Assembly (NCBI RefSeq): GCF_006345805.1 | Contig: NW_021835118.1 | Coordinates: 1-42,390 of the forward strand | DNA: 42,390 bases | Direction of reading: 5' to 3' | From: Octopus sinensis | Lineage: Eukaryota | In this document: in pieces, positions 1 to 12,969 of the stretch | How positions within the stretch are numbered: the stretch's first letter is position 1 | How the letters are laid out: every line of letters starts with the position of its first letter | Translations under genes and position numbers: made by a program | Notes under the pieces: generated by a model | The model's database searches: none | What the model saw: the letters and a program-made list of their open reading frames with translations, nothing else | Told to the model about the DNA's origin: nothing

Positions 1-7
1 AACAGGA

Positions 8-82
8 ATCTTACTGAAGAGCCTACCTGAGTAAATAAATATTATTTTTATTGCTGAAAAAGGCGAAACTGCAGTCTAAGAT
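8..82 (+). ncRNA. Type I hammerhead ribozyme, family A, copy 1
   Basis: ATCTTA-CTGAAGA-GCCT..36 nt..AGGC-GAAA-CTGCAG-TC-TAAGAT. Stem I is 6 bp, the core is a canonical CUGANGA/GAAA, stem II is 4 bp, stem III is palindromic, and the cleavage triplet is GUC. Confidence 0.88.
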
Positions 83-407
83 GAACCGAGATAGTAAAAG
101 TTTTTATTTTCATTTCACTAATTTATCAAGCTTTGTGTATCTAGTACATACTTCGCCTTTAATGTACTTATATGAATAATATATGGCCTGTGCTAGAAAC
201 ACCAGCGATAATAATTAATTTTATTTTATCGCATTTTGAATTTGTTTACATATTTCTCGATAAATTTTGAGCGGTTAGACTATATACCAGAAATCCCTTG
301 TTGTCGGTACGTTCTGCGTCATGCGCAGTGAGCTGATTAGTTAGAAAGAGCAAATTAGTAGACGCACACTGTGTCGTCTATCGTGGTGCGATTTCAAAAT
401 AACAGGA

Positions 408-482
408 ATCTTACTGAAGAGCCTACCTGAGTAAATAAATATTATTTTTATTGATGAAAAAGGCGAAACTGCAGTCTAAGAT
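408..482 (+). ncRNA. Type I hammerhead ribozyme, family A, copy 2
   Basis: Same motif exactly 400 bp downstream of copy 1. Confidence 0.88.
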
Positions 483-662
483 GAACCGAGTTAGTAAAAG
501 TTTGATTTTCATTTCACTAAATTTATCAAGCTTCTGTGTATCTAGTACATACTTCGCCTTTAATGTACTTATATTGAATAAATATATGGCCTGTGCTAGA
601 ACACCAGCGATAATAATTAATTTTATTTTATCGCATTTTGAATTTGTTTATATATAATGTTA

Positions 663-710
<48 letters not shown>

Positions 711-711
711 T

Positions 712-749
<38 letters not shown>

Positions 750-960
750 CATAATATATATATATATGTATATATACATATATATATACATATATATACA
801 TATATATATACATATATATATATATATACATATATATATCATATATAGATATATATATATATATATATATACATATATATAATAATAAATATTAGGGAAT
901 AAATCCAAATTTACAGGCAAAAAATCAGATTTAGGATTAAATCCAATTTAAGTAAAATAT

Positions 961-1064
961 TATATAATATTAATTCGAGACAAAACCACTATTTTGCAAA
1001 ACAAACGAGGAAAGATTTAATCCCAATACATAAAAATTTTTAAGTCTCGAATTAATATTATATA
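961..1064. repeat. 21-bp perfect inverted repeat enclosing a 62-bp spacer
   Basis: TATATAATATTAATTCGAGAC at 961-981 and GTCTCGAATTAATATTATATA at 1044-1064. Confidence 0.75.
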
Positions 1065-1447
1065 CATATATATATATATACATATATATAATATATAACA
1101 TATATATATATACATATATATATACATACTTATATACATATATATATACATATATATATACATATAATATATACATATATATAATACATATATATATATA
1201 CATATATATATACATATAGATATATATACATATATATATACATATATAACATATATATATATATATACATTCTATATATATATACACAATATATATATAC
1301 TATATATATATATATATATATACATATTTATATACATATATATATACATATATATATATATTAATATATATAATAATATAATATACATATATATATATAT
1401 ATATAATATATATATATATATTATATTATATATATATACATATATAA

Positions 1448-1516
1448 TCATCATAATTCAGTGCAATCATTACAGTACTTCAAGCAATCCCCCGAGCAAC
1501 GCCGGCATTCTGCTAG
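1448..1516 (+). mobile_element. Helitron 3' terminus remnant
   Basis: CCCGAGCAACGCCGG hairpin-like motif followed after a short spacer by CTAG|T, the typical Helitron 3' end signature. Confidence 0.6.
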
Positions 1517-1560
1517 TGTATATATAATATATATGTATATGTATATATTATATATATATA

Positions 1561-1602
<42 letters not shown>

Positions 1603-1699
1603 ATATACATATATATATATACAATATATATAAACATATATATATATATAGAACATATATATTACATATATATATATACATGAAACACAACCATAACAT

Positions 1700-3917
1700 A
1701 ACCAACGGACATAAACATGAAACACAAACACTTCATGTCCATAATACAAGCCATATGTGACAAATATGTCCCAATGTGCAGGCCAGCACACACAAGAACA
1801 AAAACAGGATCCCTAGAAAAAGGAGGATTCTTATGAGACGACGGACAAGGATTGCAAACCGCCTTAGCAAGCACACCAAAAGTGGTGAGAAGTCTCGGCT
1901 CGAAAGAATGCTAATGGAAACTGAGAAAATTCTACATCAGTCCCATGAAAGGAGAGAGCAGATAAAGAAGCTTGGTATAGAAAATATAAAATCAAACCCT
2001 AAAGCTTTCTTTAAGTTTGCCAAAGAGACAGCCACAGTGCACCAGAGAATAGGACCTCTCTTCCAAAAAGATGGCTCTCTCACAGGAAATCCCACGAGGA
2101 TAAGTGAAATACTGAACGAACAGTTCCAAAGTGTGTTCACTACACCTCTAGGACACAGGCAAGTAAACAACCCAGAAGAATCTTTGCCACTTTACCATCG
2201 GCCAAAGAGACAAAATTGAGTACATCAACATCGAAGAAGATGATATCACACTAGCCATTGATGAGATTGACACAAACTCAGCTGCTGGACCTGATGGATT
2301 CCCAGCGATCCTTCTCAAATCGTGCAAACGAGCCCTTGCAAAACCGCTACAGCTTCTTTTTCAGAGCTTTCTTGCAAGTTAAGCTCCCAGTCAAACTGAA
2401 AGAGGGGGTAATATGCCCTATCATAAGGGAAGTAGCAGAGCAGATGCTAAAAATTATAGGCCTATCTCTCTGACCTCACACATCAGCAAAGTCATGGAAC
2501 GAATAGTCCGTAAGAAACTAATCATGTTCCTTGAATAAAAGACTTACTGTCTGACACCCAGCATGGATTTCGACCAGGTAGAGGCTGCCTAACACAGCTC
2601 CTGCAACACTATGACTGGGTGTTGAAACAGCTACTAAATGGCTCAAATGTGGATGTTGAATATATCTCGACTTTGCAAAAGCCTTTGATAAAGTCGACCA
2701 TGGTATGATCTGTCACAACTGCGTGGTCTCGGCATAGGCGGGAAACTTGGAGAGTGGCTGCACAACTTCCTAAAAGACAGAAAACAGGCAGTTGTGAGCA
2801 ATGGAGCCACCTCCAGGAAACGCAAATAACAAGCGGTGTCCCACAGGGCACTGTCTTGGGGCCACTGATGTTCATAGTGGCCCTTTCAGACATGCCTTCA
2901 GTTGCTACGATGACCACCCTTGCTAGCTATGCAGATGACACAAAAGTCTCCCACGCAATACAAAACCCTGAAATATTGCGCATCTGCAACATGAGCTGGA
3001 CACAATATACAGGTGGGGCTGAGGACAACAACATGCAGTTTAATGCAGGTAAGTTCAGGCCCTGCGCTACTGGCACACAAAGGTAAATGACGTGAGACTG
3101 GATACACTGGCCCAGGAAGAATTGCAATCCCTGAGTCAAAATCAGTGCGTGACCTGGGCATTGACATGAGCAATGATGCATCTTTCCAAATGCATATTGC
3201 TAATCTGGTGATAAAATGCAGACGGCTAGCTACTGGATGGATTCTCCGAACTTTCAGAACAAGAGAGAAGGAGACACTGATGGTCCTATGGAAAACATTT
3301 GTCCTCAGCCGCTTGGACTACTGCTCCCAACTTTGGTCACCACACATATAAAACAAACAGCAGAACTCGAAGCAACTCAGAGAAGCTACACAAAAGAAAA
3401 TCGTCTCAATGCAAAATGTCAGCTACTGGAAAGACTGAAGGTATTAAACCTCTCTCTCCGGAGCGGAGGCGGGAGAGATATGCAGTGATATACATCTGGA
3501 AAATCCTGGAGGGTCTTGTCCCAAACTTTGGCATTCAAAGTTACTCCAACCGCAGAACGGGGCGCCGCTGCGTGGTGCCAAGGATTCCAACATCACCATC
3601 AAAATACAGGTCCAGATACTGCAACAGCTTGGGTTTCAGAGGACCACAGCTCTTTAACATCCTCCCTAAATGCCTGAGAGACTTACATGGTGTGGATGTG
3701 TTCTTTTAAAACTAAACTGGATCTCTTCTTGTTGGGAGTCCAGATGAACCTACCTCACGACAGGAGACACGGATGCGGGCAGCAGCATCGACTCCCTTGT
3801 TGATCAAGTGCCACGTATCAGAGGTGGATTCACAAACTAGTGTAGCTCATTAAGCGGTGGTGCCCCAGCATGGCCGCGGCCTTCGGGCTAAAACATTTTT
3901 ATGGATTTAAGGATTTA
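1700..3917 (+). mobile_element. CR1-clade LINE, 5'-truncated and frameshifted (RT and C-terminal part of ORF2 plus 3' UTR)
   Basis: Motifs across frames: IKSNPKAFF, DFAKAFDKVDHG, SGVPQGTVLGPLMF, YADDTK, RDLG, RLDYCSQLWSP, ERRRERY. The 3' end GGTGCCCCAGCATGGCC is shared with the other copies. Confidence 0.9.
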
Positions 3918-4220
3918 TACATATATATATACATATATATATATACATATATATATACACATATATATATACATATATATATACATATATATATATACAT
4001 ATATATATACATATATATATACATATATATATACATATATATATACACATATATATATACATATATATATACACATATATATATACATATATATATATAT
4101 ACATATATACATATACATATATACATATACATATATACATATGCATATATACATATACATATATATATACATATATATATATACATATATATACATATAT
4201 ATATATATATACATATATAC
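3918..4220. repeat. (TA)n/(TACATA)n microsatellite
   Basis: Direct inspection. Confidence 0.95.
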
Positions 4221-4252
4221 TTTATTTTAAGCAGCAGAAAATTCAACAAAAT

Positions 4253-4290
4253 CTGTTACTCTGAGTTTCTCGTTGCCGTTCATCAGACAG
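4253..4290 (-). ncRNA. Hammerhead family B, copy in the inverted left arm
   Basis: Reverse complement reads CTGT-CTGATGA-A-CG-GCAA-CG-A-GAAA-CTCAGAG-TA-ACAG, with G-C where the right arm has G-U. Confidence 0.75.
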
Positions 4291-5507
4291 TTTTTGCTAG
4301 AATGGAACTGATATATCAATTCAATCTATACTCTTACAAACGCAACACTTTTAAAAAGAAATGGACTTGTTTGATTGGCCCTTTAGAAAAAAACGGTCAA
4401 TCTTCTTCGAGCGATAAACAAAAAGGTCAAAAATATATGTATATATATAGAAAAAACTTATAAATTATAAAATCGAGGAAAAACCTATTGACGTTAATGA
4501 AGACAGTGAAAATTAATGCATAGAAATTAAACCTGTTATAAATACTGCAATACATATTTATATTAAAATCTACATATTATATATATCAACATACACAAAA
4601 GGATGCGCGTAAACGCCATACATACATATACAGACGTATGAATATAAATCTAAATATACACATAAAAGCATGTGTACATATATTCACCGCAAACCGTCTC
4701 GCACGCAAGCTAAAATTCATCTATGTAGCAATTCTCATATACTGAGCAAGGAGGGGGAACGAAAGAAAGGAAAGAGAGAAAAAGGAACGAAGGAGGGGTG
4801 GGAAAAAACGAAATAAGAAGAAAATTATGTATACAAGCAGTGTTACGATGTTATTGGCATCTATAGAGAACCAGTATACATAACAAGTTGAATGGATACA
4901 TATACATACCGTCGTGTATATGTGTGCTTAAGCACAAACATACTTTCACTTACACATACACAGATACCATGCTTACAAATACATATGCTTTGCTATACAC
5001 ATACTTATATAAACATTCTAATTTTGACAACCTTGCTTTTTTTAAAAAACATTGCTTTTAAAAATGGGTGCATTAATAAAAATATATACGAAAGACATAT
5101 AAAATAAAATATAACATCCTATTTTGGGTCATTTATAATAATCAAGGTAATATAAATAATCAAGGTATCCTATGCAATACAATAACATGAAAACAAAGTT
5201 TGTAGGTTTTTCCTAATAATATGGTAGAAACATAAGACTTTGCTATACGGATTAAGATCCGCATAGCTTGGAAACAAAATCAAAATCCATCGTAGCGCTC
5301 AAGAGTCAAAAAAAAAAAAAAATCAAAAATCAAAATACAAAATATATACTCTTTCCATATGGTATATTTATATTCGACATTTTAAATTTAGCCGCGTGCC
5401 TACATAAGTTCATTAACTCACTTCTTTGATTCAAAGAATTATTGTCTTTGAATAAGATGTACATTTTTTCTAATAGACAAAGTCTGCACTTGAAATTATT
5501 TTTGTAA

Positions 5508-6114
5508 GGAATTTTTGAGATTAGTCTCTAAGCATTTTAAGCAGGGTCATAAATTCTACAGAATATTTAATAGAAGAACCCTGAAGGTTAGCTATTCTTG
5601 TTGCAGAAATTTCGCCTCTTACATTAGCCAACATAATAGGAAGCTAATTGAGATTAGACATGGTGCCGAGCCCATTAAGAAATGTAATTTCAAAACGAAG
5701 CTCCTGTCCGTTAGAGGGGAAATGTCTAGTGAAAGGAGTAGTTTATAGAGCCAAGGTGCAAGTGGAAGGCTCATCGGAATACAAGACATACACAGGGGCT
5801 TCAGAAAATTCATTTAAAACAAGATTTTATTCTCATAAAAATTCATTTAAATACCCAGCCTAGCAAAATATGTCTGGGAACTAAAAGAAAAGGAAGCCAC
5901 ACCTTTCAACGTGACATGGAGCATTCTGGACAGGGCGGCACAATACAGGCATGGAGCTTACAAAAATAATTTCAAGTGCAGACTTTGTCTATTAGAAAAA
6001 ATGTACATCTTATTCAAAGACAATAATTCTTTGAATCAAAGAAGTGAGTTAATGAACTTATGTAGGCACGCGGCTAAATTTAAAATGTCGAATATAAATA
6101 TACCATATGGATAG
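5508..6114 (+). pseudogene. Penelope-like polyprotein C-terminus: end of RT thumb, Cys linker and GIY-YIG endonuclease (frameshifted); possibly Naiad-type
   Basis: IFNRRTLKVSYSC, CPLEGKCL, VVY..YTG..FKTRFYSHKNSF, WSIL, CRLCLLEK, LNQRSEL..CRH. The clade assignment is from recalled motifs only. Confidence 0.85.
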
Positions 6115-7169
6115 AGTATATATTTTGTATTTTTAATTTTTGATTTTGATTTTGACTTTTGAGCGCTACGATGGATTTTGATTTTGTTTCCAAGCAATGC
6201 GGATCTTAATCCGTATAGCAAAGTCTTATGTTTCTACATATATATTAGGAAAAACCTACAAACTTTGTTTTCATGTTATTGTATTGCATAGGATTACCTT
6301 GATTATTTATATTACCTTGATTATTTATAAATGACCCAAAATAGGATTTATATTTATTTTATATGTCTTTCGTATATTTTTATTAATGCACCCATTTTAA
6401 AAGCAATGTTTTTTAAAAAAAGCAATGTTGTCAAAATTAGAATGTTTATATAAGTATGTGTATAGCAAAGCATATGTATTTGTAAGCATGCGTATCTGTG
6501 TATGTGTAAGTGAAAGTATGTTTGTGCTTAAGCACACATATACACGACGGTATGTATATGTATCCATTCAAACTTGTGTATGTATACTGGTCTCTATAGA
6601 TGCCAATAACATCGTTACACTGCTTGTATACATAATTTTTTTCTTATTTCGTTTTTTTCCCCACCCCTCCTTCGTTCCTTTTTCTCTCTTTCCCTTTCTT
6701 TCGTTCCCCCTCCTTGCTCAGTATATGAGAATTGCTACATAGATGAATTTAGCTTGCGTGCGAGACGGTTTGCGTGAATATATGTACACATGCTTTTATG
6801 TGTTATTTAGATTTATATTCATACGTCTTATCTGTGTATGTATGTATGGCGTTTACGCGCATCCTTTTGTGTATGTTGATATATATTGTAGATTTTAATA
6901 TAAATATGTATTGCAGTATTTATAACAGGTTAATTTCTATGCATTAATTTGCACTGTCTTCATTAACGTCAATAGGTTTTTTCCTCGGATTTTATAATTT
7001 TTATAAGTTTTTTATATATATATACATATATTTTTGACCTTTTTGTTTATCGCTCGAAGATTGACCGTTTTTTTCTAAAGGGCAATCAAACAAGTCCATT
7101 TCTTTTTAAAGGTGTAGCGTTTGTAAGAGTATAGATTGAATTGATATATCAGTTCCATTCTAGCAAAAA

Positions 7170-7207
7170 CTGTCTGATGAACGGCAATGAGAAACTCAGA
7201 GTAACAG
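7170..7207 (+). ncRNA. Minimal type I hammerhead ribozyme, family B, in the Penelope pLTR
   Basis: CTGT-CTGATGA-A-CG-GCAA-TG-A-GAAA-CTCAGAG-TA-ACAG. GNRA-capped short stem II with an A.A at its base, near-palindromic stem III, GUA site. Confidence 0.75.
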
Positions 7208-7310
7208 ATTTTGTTGAATTTTCTGCTGCTTAAAATAAAGCATATTACTCTACACTGGTATTTGCGTACTCTTTTTTCCACCTTGTTTCACATTTATGTG
7301 TTTACTCCGG

Positions 7311-7375
7311 TATATACATATATATATATATATACATATATATATACATATGTATATATACATATATATATATAC

Positions 7376-7424
<49 letters not shown>

Positions 7425-7666
7425 CACATATATAGAAAATATATATATATACACATATATATACAATATATATACATATATATTACATATACATATACAT
7501 ACATATATATATACATATATATATACATATATATATACATATATATATACATATACATAGATATTAATATAAATATATATAAACATATACATATATGTAC
7601 ATATATATATGTACCTATATATATACGTATATATATATACATATATATATATACATATATATATAC

Positions 7667-7715
<49 letters not shown>

Positions 7716-7935
7716 CTATATATATATATACATATATATATATACATATATATATATACATATATATATAACATATATATATATATACCAAATACATATA
7801 TATATACATATACATATATATATACATATATATATACAATATATATACATATATATACATATATTATATACATATATATATATATACATAATACATATAC
7901 ATATATACAATTATATACAAATAACATATATACAT

Positions 7936-7978
<43 letters not shown>

Positions 7979-7985
7979 CATATAC

Positions 7986-8036
<51 letters not shown>

Positions 8037-8267
8037 CATATATATATATACATTATATATCATAATATATACATATATATATGCATATATATATATATAC
8101 ATATATATATAATATATTATACATATATATATATACATATTTATATATATATACATATATATATATATACATATTTATATATATATACATATATATATAT
8201 TACATATTATATATATATATATATATATACATATATATATTAATATATAATAATATATATATATACA

Positions 8268-8298
<31 letters not shown>

Positions 8299-8379
8299 TA
8301 TAATATACATATATATATATACATATATATATATACATATATATATATATTATATATATATTATATATATATATAATAT

Positions 8380-8425
<46 letters not shown>
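7311..8425. repeat. Long (TA)n-type microsatellite
   Basis: Direct inspection. Confidence 0.95.
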
Positions 8426-8429
<4 letters not shown>

Positions 8430-11400
8430 AATGCCTCACACTAGGAGGGACAAAGTCATTACTACCAAAAATTATACTAATCATACCAAATAGTTTTGCA
8501 TTTTTCAAAGCAAGACATTTAAAAATGAATTATGTTCTGTATCACCGTGATTTCACATACAACTTGCGTCTAATGATCGTCAGCAGAACTGATTCTGAAT
8601 ACATCATAAATAAACTACCAACCTTACGTAGCGGAGACGAACAGACAACTGCTCACTCCGGCCAAGCACATGGAATGTTATAAATCATATATCCGGTAAA
8701 GGCGGGCTTTTACGAACTGCATGTGGGTAATGAAAAGTATTCGGAATAAGTTTAACAATTAAGGATAATCTCTTAATAAGGGATCTCTAACAAGAAATTA
8801 TCGGGTAGCTAGCGTGAAAAACCTCATAAAGAAAAGAATCCGAAAATAATTTTTTTCTTTTGAACAAATTAATTATATCTATATTGTATAGAGGGCATTA
8901 TTACACATAAATGCCTCACACTAGGAGGGACAAAGTCATTACTACCAAAAATTATACTAATCATACCCAAATGCAGTTTTTCAAAGCAAGACATTTAAAA
9001 ATGAATTATGTTCTGTATCACCGTGATTTCACATACAACTTGCGTCTAATGATCGTCAGCAGAGAACTGATTCTGAATACATCATAAATAAACTACCAAC
9101 CTTACGTAGCGGAGACGAACAGACAACTGCTCACTCCGGCCAAGCACATGGAATGTTTATAAATCATATATCCGGTAAATGGCGGGCTTTTACGAACTGC
9201 ATGTCGGGTAATGAAAAGTATTTCGGAATAAGTTTAACAATTAAGGATAATCTCTTAATAAGGGATCTTAACAAGAAATTATCGGGTAGCTAGCGTGAAA
9301 ACCTCATAAAAGAAAAGAATCCGAAAATATTTTTTTCTTTTGAACAAATTAATTATATCTATATTGTATAGAGGGCATTATTACACATAAATGCCTCACA
9401 CTAGGAGGGACAAAGTCATTACTACCAAAAATTATACTAATCATACCCAAATGCAGTTTTTCAAAGCAAGACATTTAAAAATGAATTATGTCTGTATCAC
9501 CGTGATTTCACATACAACTTGCGTCTAATGATCGTCAGCAGAACTGATTCTGAATACATCATAAATAAACTACCAACCTTACGTAGCGGAGACGAACAGA
9601 CAACTGCTCACTCCGGCCAAGCACATGGAATGTTTATAAATCATATATCCGGTAAATGGCGGGCTTTTTACGAACTGCATGTCGGGTAATGAAAAGTATT
9701 TCGGAATAAGTTTAACAATTAAGGATAATCTCTTAATAAGGGATCTTAACAAGAAATTATCGGGTAGCTAGCGTGAAAACCTCATAAAAGAAAAGAATCC
9801 GAAAATAATTTTTTCTTTTGAACAAATTAATTATATCTATATTGTATAGAGGGCATTATTACACATAAATGCCTCACACTAGGAGGGACAAAGTCATTAC
9901 TACCAAAAATTATACTAATCATACCCAAATGCAGTGTTTCAAAGCAAGACATTTAAAAATGAATTATGTTCTGTATCACCGTGATTTCACATACACTTGC
10001 GTCTAATGATCGTCAGCAGAACTGATTCTGAATACATCATAAATAAACTACCAACCTTACGTAGCGGAGACGAACAGACAACTGCTCACTCCGGCCAAGC
10101 ACATGGAATGTTTAAAATCATATATCCGGTAAATGGCGGGCTTTTTACGAACTGCATGTCGGGTAATGAAAAGTATTTCGGAATAAGTTTAACAATTAAG
10201 GATAATCTCTAATAAGGGATCTTAACAAGAAATTATCGGGTAGCTAGCGTGAAAACCTCATAAAAGAAAAGAATCCGAAAATATTTTTTTCTTTTGAACA
10301 AATTAATTATATCTATATTGTATAGAGGGCATTATTACACATAAATGCCTCACACTAGGAGGGACAAAGTCATTACTACCAAAAATTATACTAATCATAC
10401 CCAAATGCAGTTTTTCAAAGCAAGACATTTAAAAATGAATTATGTTCTGTATCACACCGTGATTTCACATACAACTTGCGTCTAATGATCGTCAGCAGAA
10501 CTGATTCTGAATACATCATAAAAAACTACCAACCTTACGTAGCGGAGACGAACAGACAACTGCTCACTCCGGCCAAGCACATGGAATGTTATAAATCATA
10601 TATCCGGTAAATGGCGGGCTTTTTACGAACTGCATGTCGGGTGTAATGAAAAGTATTTCGGAATAAGTTTAACAATTAAGGATAATCTCTTAATAAGGGA
10701 TCTTAACAAGAAATTATCGGGTAGCTAGCGTGAAAACCTCATAAAAGAAAAGAATCCGAAAATAATTTTTTCTTTTGAACAAATTAATTATATCTATATT
10801 GTATAGAGGGCATTATTACACATAAATGCCTCACACTAGGAGGGACAAAGTCATTACTACCAAAAATTATACTAATCATACCCAAATGCAGTTTTTCAAA
10901 GCAAGACATTTAAAAATGAATTATGTTCTGTATCACCGTGATTTCACATACAACTTGCGTCTAATGATCGTCAGCAGAACTGATTCTGAATACATCATAA
11001 ATAAACTACCAACCTTACGTAGCGGAGACGAACAGACAACTGCTCACTCCGGCCAAGCACATGGAATGTTTAAAAATCATATATCCGGTAAATGGCGGGC
11101 TTTTTACGAACTGCATGTCGGGTAATGAAAAGTATTTCGGAATAAGTTTAACAATTAAGGATAATCTCTTAATAAGGGATCTTAACAAGAAATTATCGGG
11201 TAGCTAGCGTGAAAACCTCATAAAAGAAAAGAATCCGAAAATAATTTTTTTCTTTTGAACAAATTAATTATATCTATATTGTATAGAGGGCATTATTACA
11301 CATAAATGCCTCACACTAGGAGGGACAAAGTCATTACTACCAAAAATTATACTAATCATACCCAAATGCAGTTTTTCAAAGCAAGACATTTAAAAATGAA

Positions 11401-12068
11401 TTATGTTCTGTATCACCGTGATTTCACATACAACTTGCGTCTAATGATCGTCAGCAGAACTGATTCTGAATACATCATAAATAAACTACCAACCTTACGT
11501 AGCGGAGACGAACAGACAACTGCTCACCGGCCAAGCACATGGAATGTTTAAAATCATATATCCGGTAAATGGCGGGTTTTTACGAACTGCATGTCGGGTA
11601 ATGAAAAGTATTTCGGAATAAGTTTAACAATTAAGGATAATCTCTTAATAAGGGATCTTAACAAGAAATTATCGGGTAGCTAGCGTGAAAACCTCATAAA
11701 AGAAAAGAATCCGAAAATAATTTTTTTCTTTTGAACAAATTAATTATATCTATATTGTATAGAGGGCATTATTACACATAAATGCCTCACACTAGGAGGG
11801 ACAAAGTCATTACTACCAAAAATTATACTAATCATACCCAAATGCAGTTTTTCAAAGCAAGACATTAAAAATGAATTATGTTCTGTATCACCGTGATTCA
11901 CATACCACTTGCGCAATGATCGTCAGCAGAACTGATTCTGAATACATCATAAATAAACTACCAACCTTACGTAGCGGAGACGAACAGACAACTGCTCACT
12001 CCGGCCAAGCACATGGAATGTTTATAAATCATATATCCGGTAAATGGCGGGTTTTTACGAACTGCATG
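8425..12068 (-). repeat. About 480-bp tandem array (about 7.6 units), one hammerhead per unit on the minus strand; retrozyme-like
   Basis: CATAAATGCCTCACACTAGG at about 8426, 8906, 9386, 9864, 10340, 10821, 11301 and 11777. Confidence 0.95.
8534..8589 (-). ncRNA. Type I hammerhead ribozyme, family C (first copy; repeated at about 9010, 9490, 9968, 10444, 10925, 11405, 11880 on - and 12163, 12637 on +, some with indels)
   Basis: Sense reads GTTCTG-CTGACGA-T-CAT-TA-GAC-GCAA-GTT-GT-ATG-T-GAAA-TCACGGTGA-TA-CAGAAC. Stem I is 6 bp, the core is intact, and stem III is self-complementary. Confidence 0.85.
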
Positions 12069-12950
12069 ATTTATAAACATTCCATGGCTTGGCCGGAGGA
12101 GCAGTTGTCTGTTCGTCTCCGCTACGTAAGGTTGGTAGTTATTTATGATGTATTCAGAATCAGTTCTGCTGACGATCATTAGACGCAAGTTGTATGTGAT
12201 CACGGTGATACAGAACATAATCATTTTTAATGTCTTGCTTTGAAAAACTGCATTTGGGTATGATTAGTATAATTTTTGTGGTAGTAATGACTTTGTCCCT
12301 CCTAGTGTGAGGCATTTATGTGTAATAATGCCTCTATACAATATAGATATAATTAATTTGTTCAAAAGAAAAAAATTATTTTCGGATTCTTTTCTTTTAT
12401 GAGGTTTTCACGCTAGCTACCCGATAATTTCTTGTTAAGATCCCTTATTAAGAGATTATCCTTAATTGTTAAACTTATTCGAAATACTTTTCATTACCCG
12501 ACATGCAGTTCGTAAAAAGCCCGCCATTTACCGGATATATGATTTATAACATTCCATGTGCTTGGCCGGAGTGAGCAGTTGTCTGTCGTCTCCGCTACGT
12601 AAGGTTGGTAGTTTATTTATGATGTATTCAGAATCAGTTCTGCTGACGATCATTAGACGCAAGTTGTATGTGAAATCACGGTGATACAGAAACATATTCA
12701 TTTTTAAATGTCTTGCTTGGAAAAACTGCATTTGGGTATGATTAGTATAATTTTTGGTAGTAATGACTTTGTCCCTCCTAGTGTGAGGCATTTATGTGTA
12801 ATAATGCCCTCTATACAATATAGATATAATTAATTTGTTCAAAAGAAAAAAATTATTTTCGGATTCTTTTCTTTTATGAGGTTTTCACGCTAGCTACCCG
12901 ATAATTTCTTGTTAAGATCCCTTATTAAGAGATTATCCTTAATTGTTAAA
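12066..12950 (+). repeat. Inverted continuation of the 480-bp array (about 1.8 units)
   Basis: Reverse complement of the same unit; the strand switches at an ATG microhomology at 12066-12068. Confidence 0.93.
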
Positions 12951-12969
12951 TATATACATATATATATAT

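Larger units (their letters stand above)
1..650 (+). repeat. 400-bp tandem repeat (about 1.6 copies visible, cut by window start) carrying a hammerhead ribozyme; retrozyme/Penelope pLTR-like
   Basis: AACAGGAATCTTACTGAAGAGCC at 1 and 401; the second copy runs to about 650 and ends in (TA)n. Confidence 0.9.
650..1680. repeat. (TA)n/(TACATA)n microsatellite tracts with short non-repetitive islands
   Basis: Direct inspection. Confidence 0.95.
4220..7310 (+). mobile_element. 5'-truncated Penelope-like retroelement preceded by an inverted copy of its 3' part (arms about 4220-5507 and 5957-7240)
   Basis: The arms are reverse complements over about 1.29 kb. The centre and right arm encode a GIY-YIG region, there is a hammerhead in each arm, and (TA)n flanks both sides. 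Confidence 0.9.

Noticed and set aside
5515-6114. Selenocysteine recoding as in some Naiad elements
   Set aside because: The Cys positions seen use TGT/TGC; the breaks are frameshifts, not in-frame TGA.
9997-12791. Repeated short ORFs (MPHTRRDK.., MRLMIVSR..) in the 480-bp array
   Set aside because: Frames differ between units, they are antisense to the ribozyme strand, and they have no recognisable domain.
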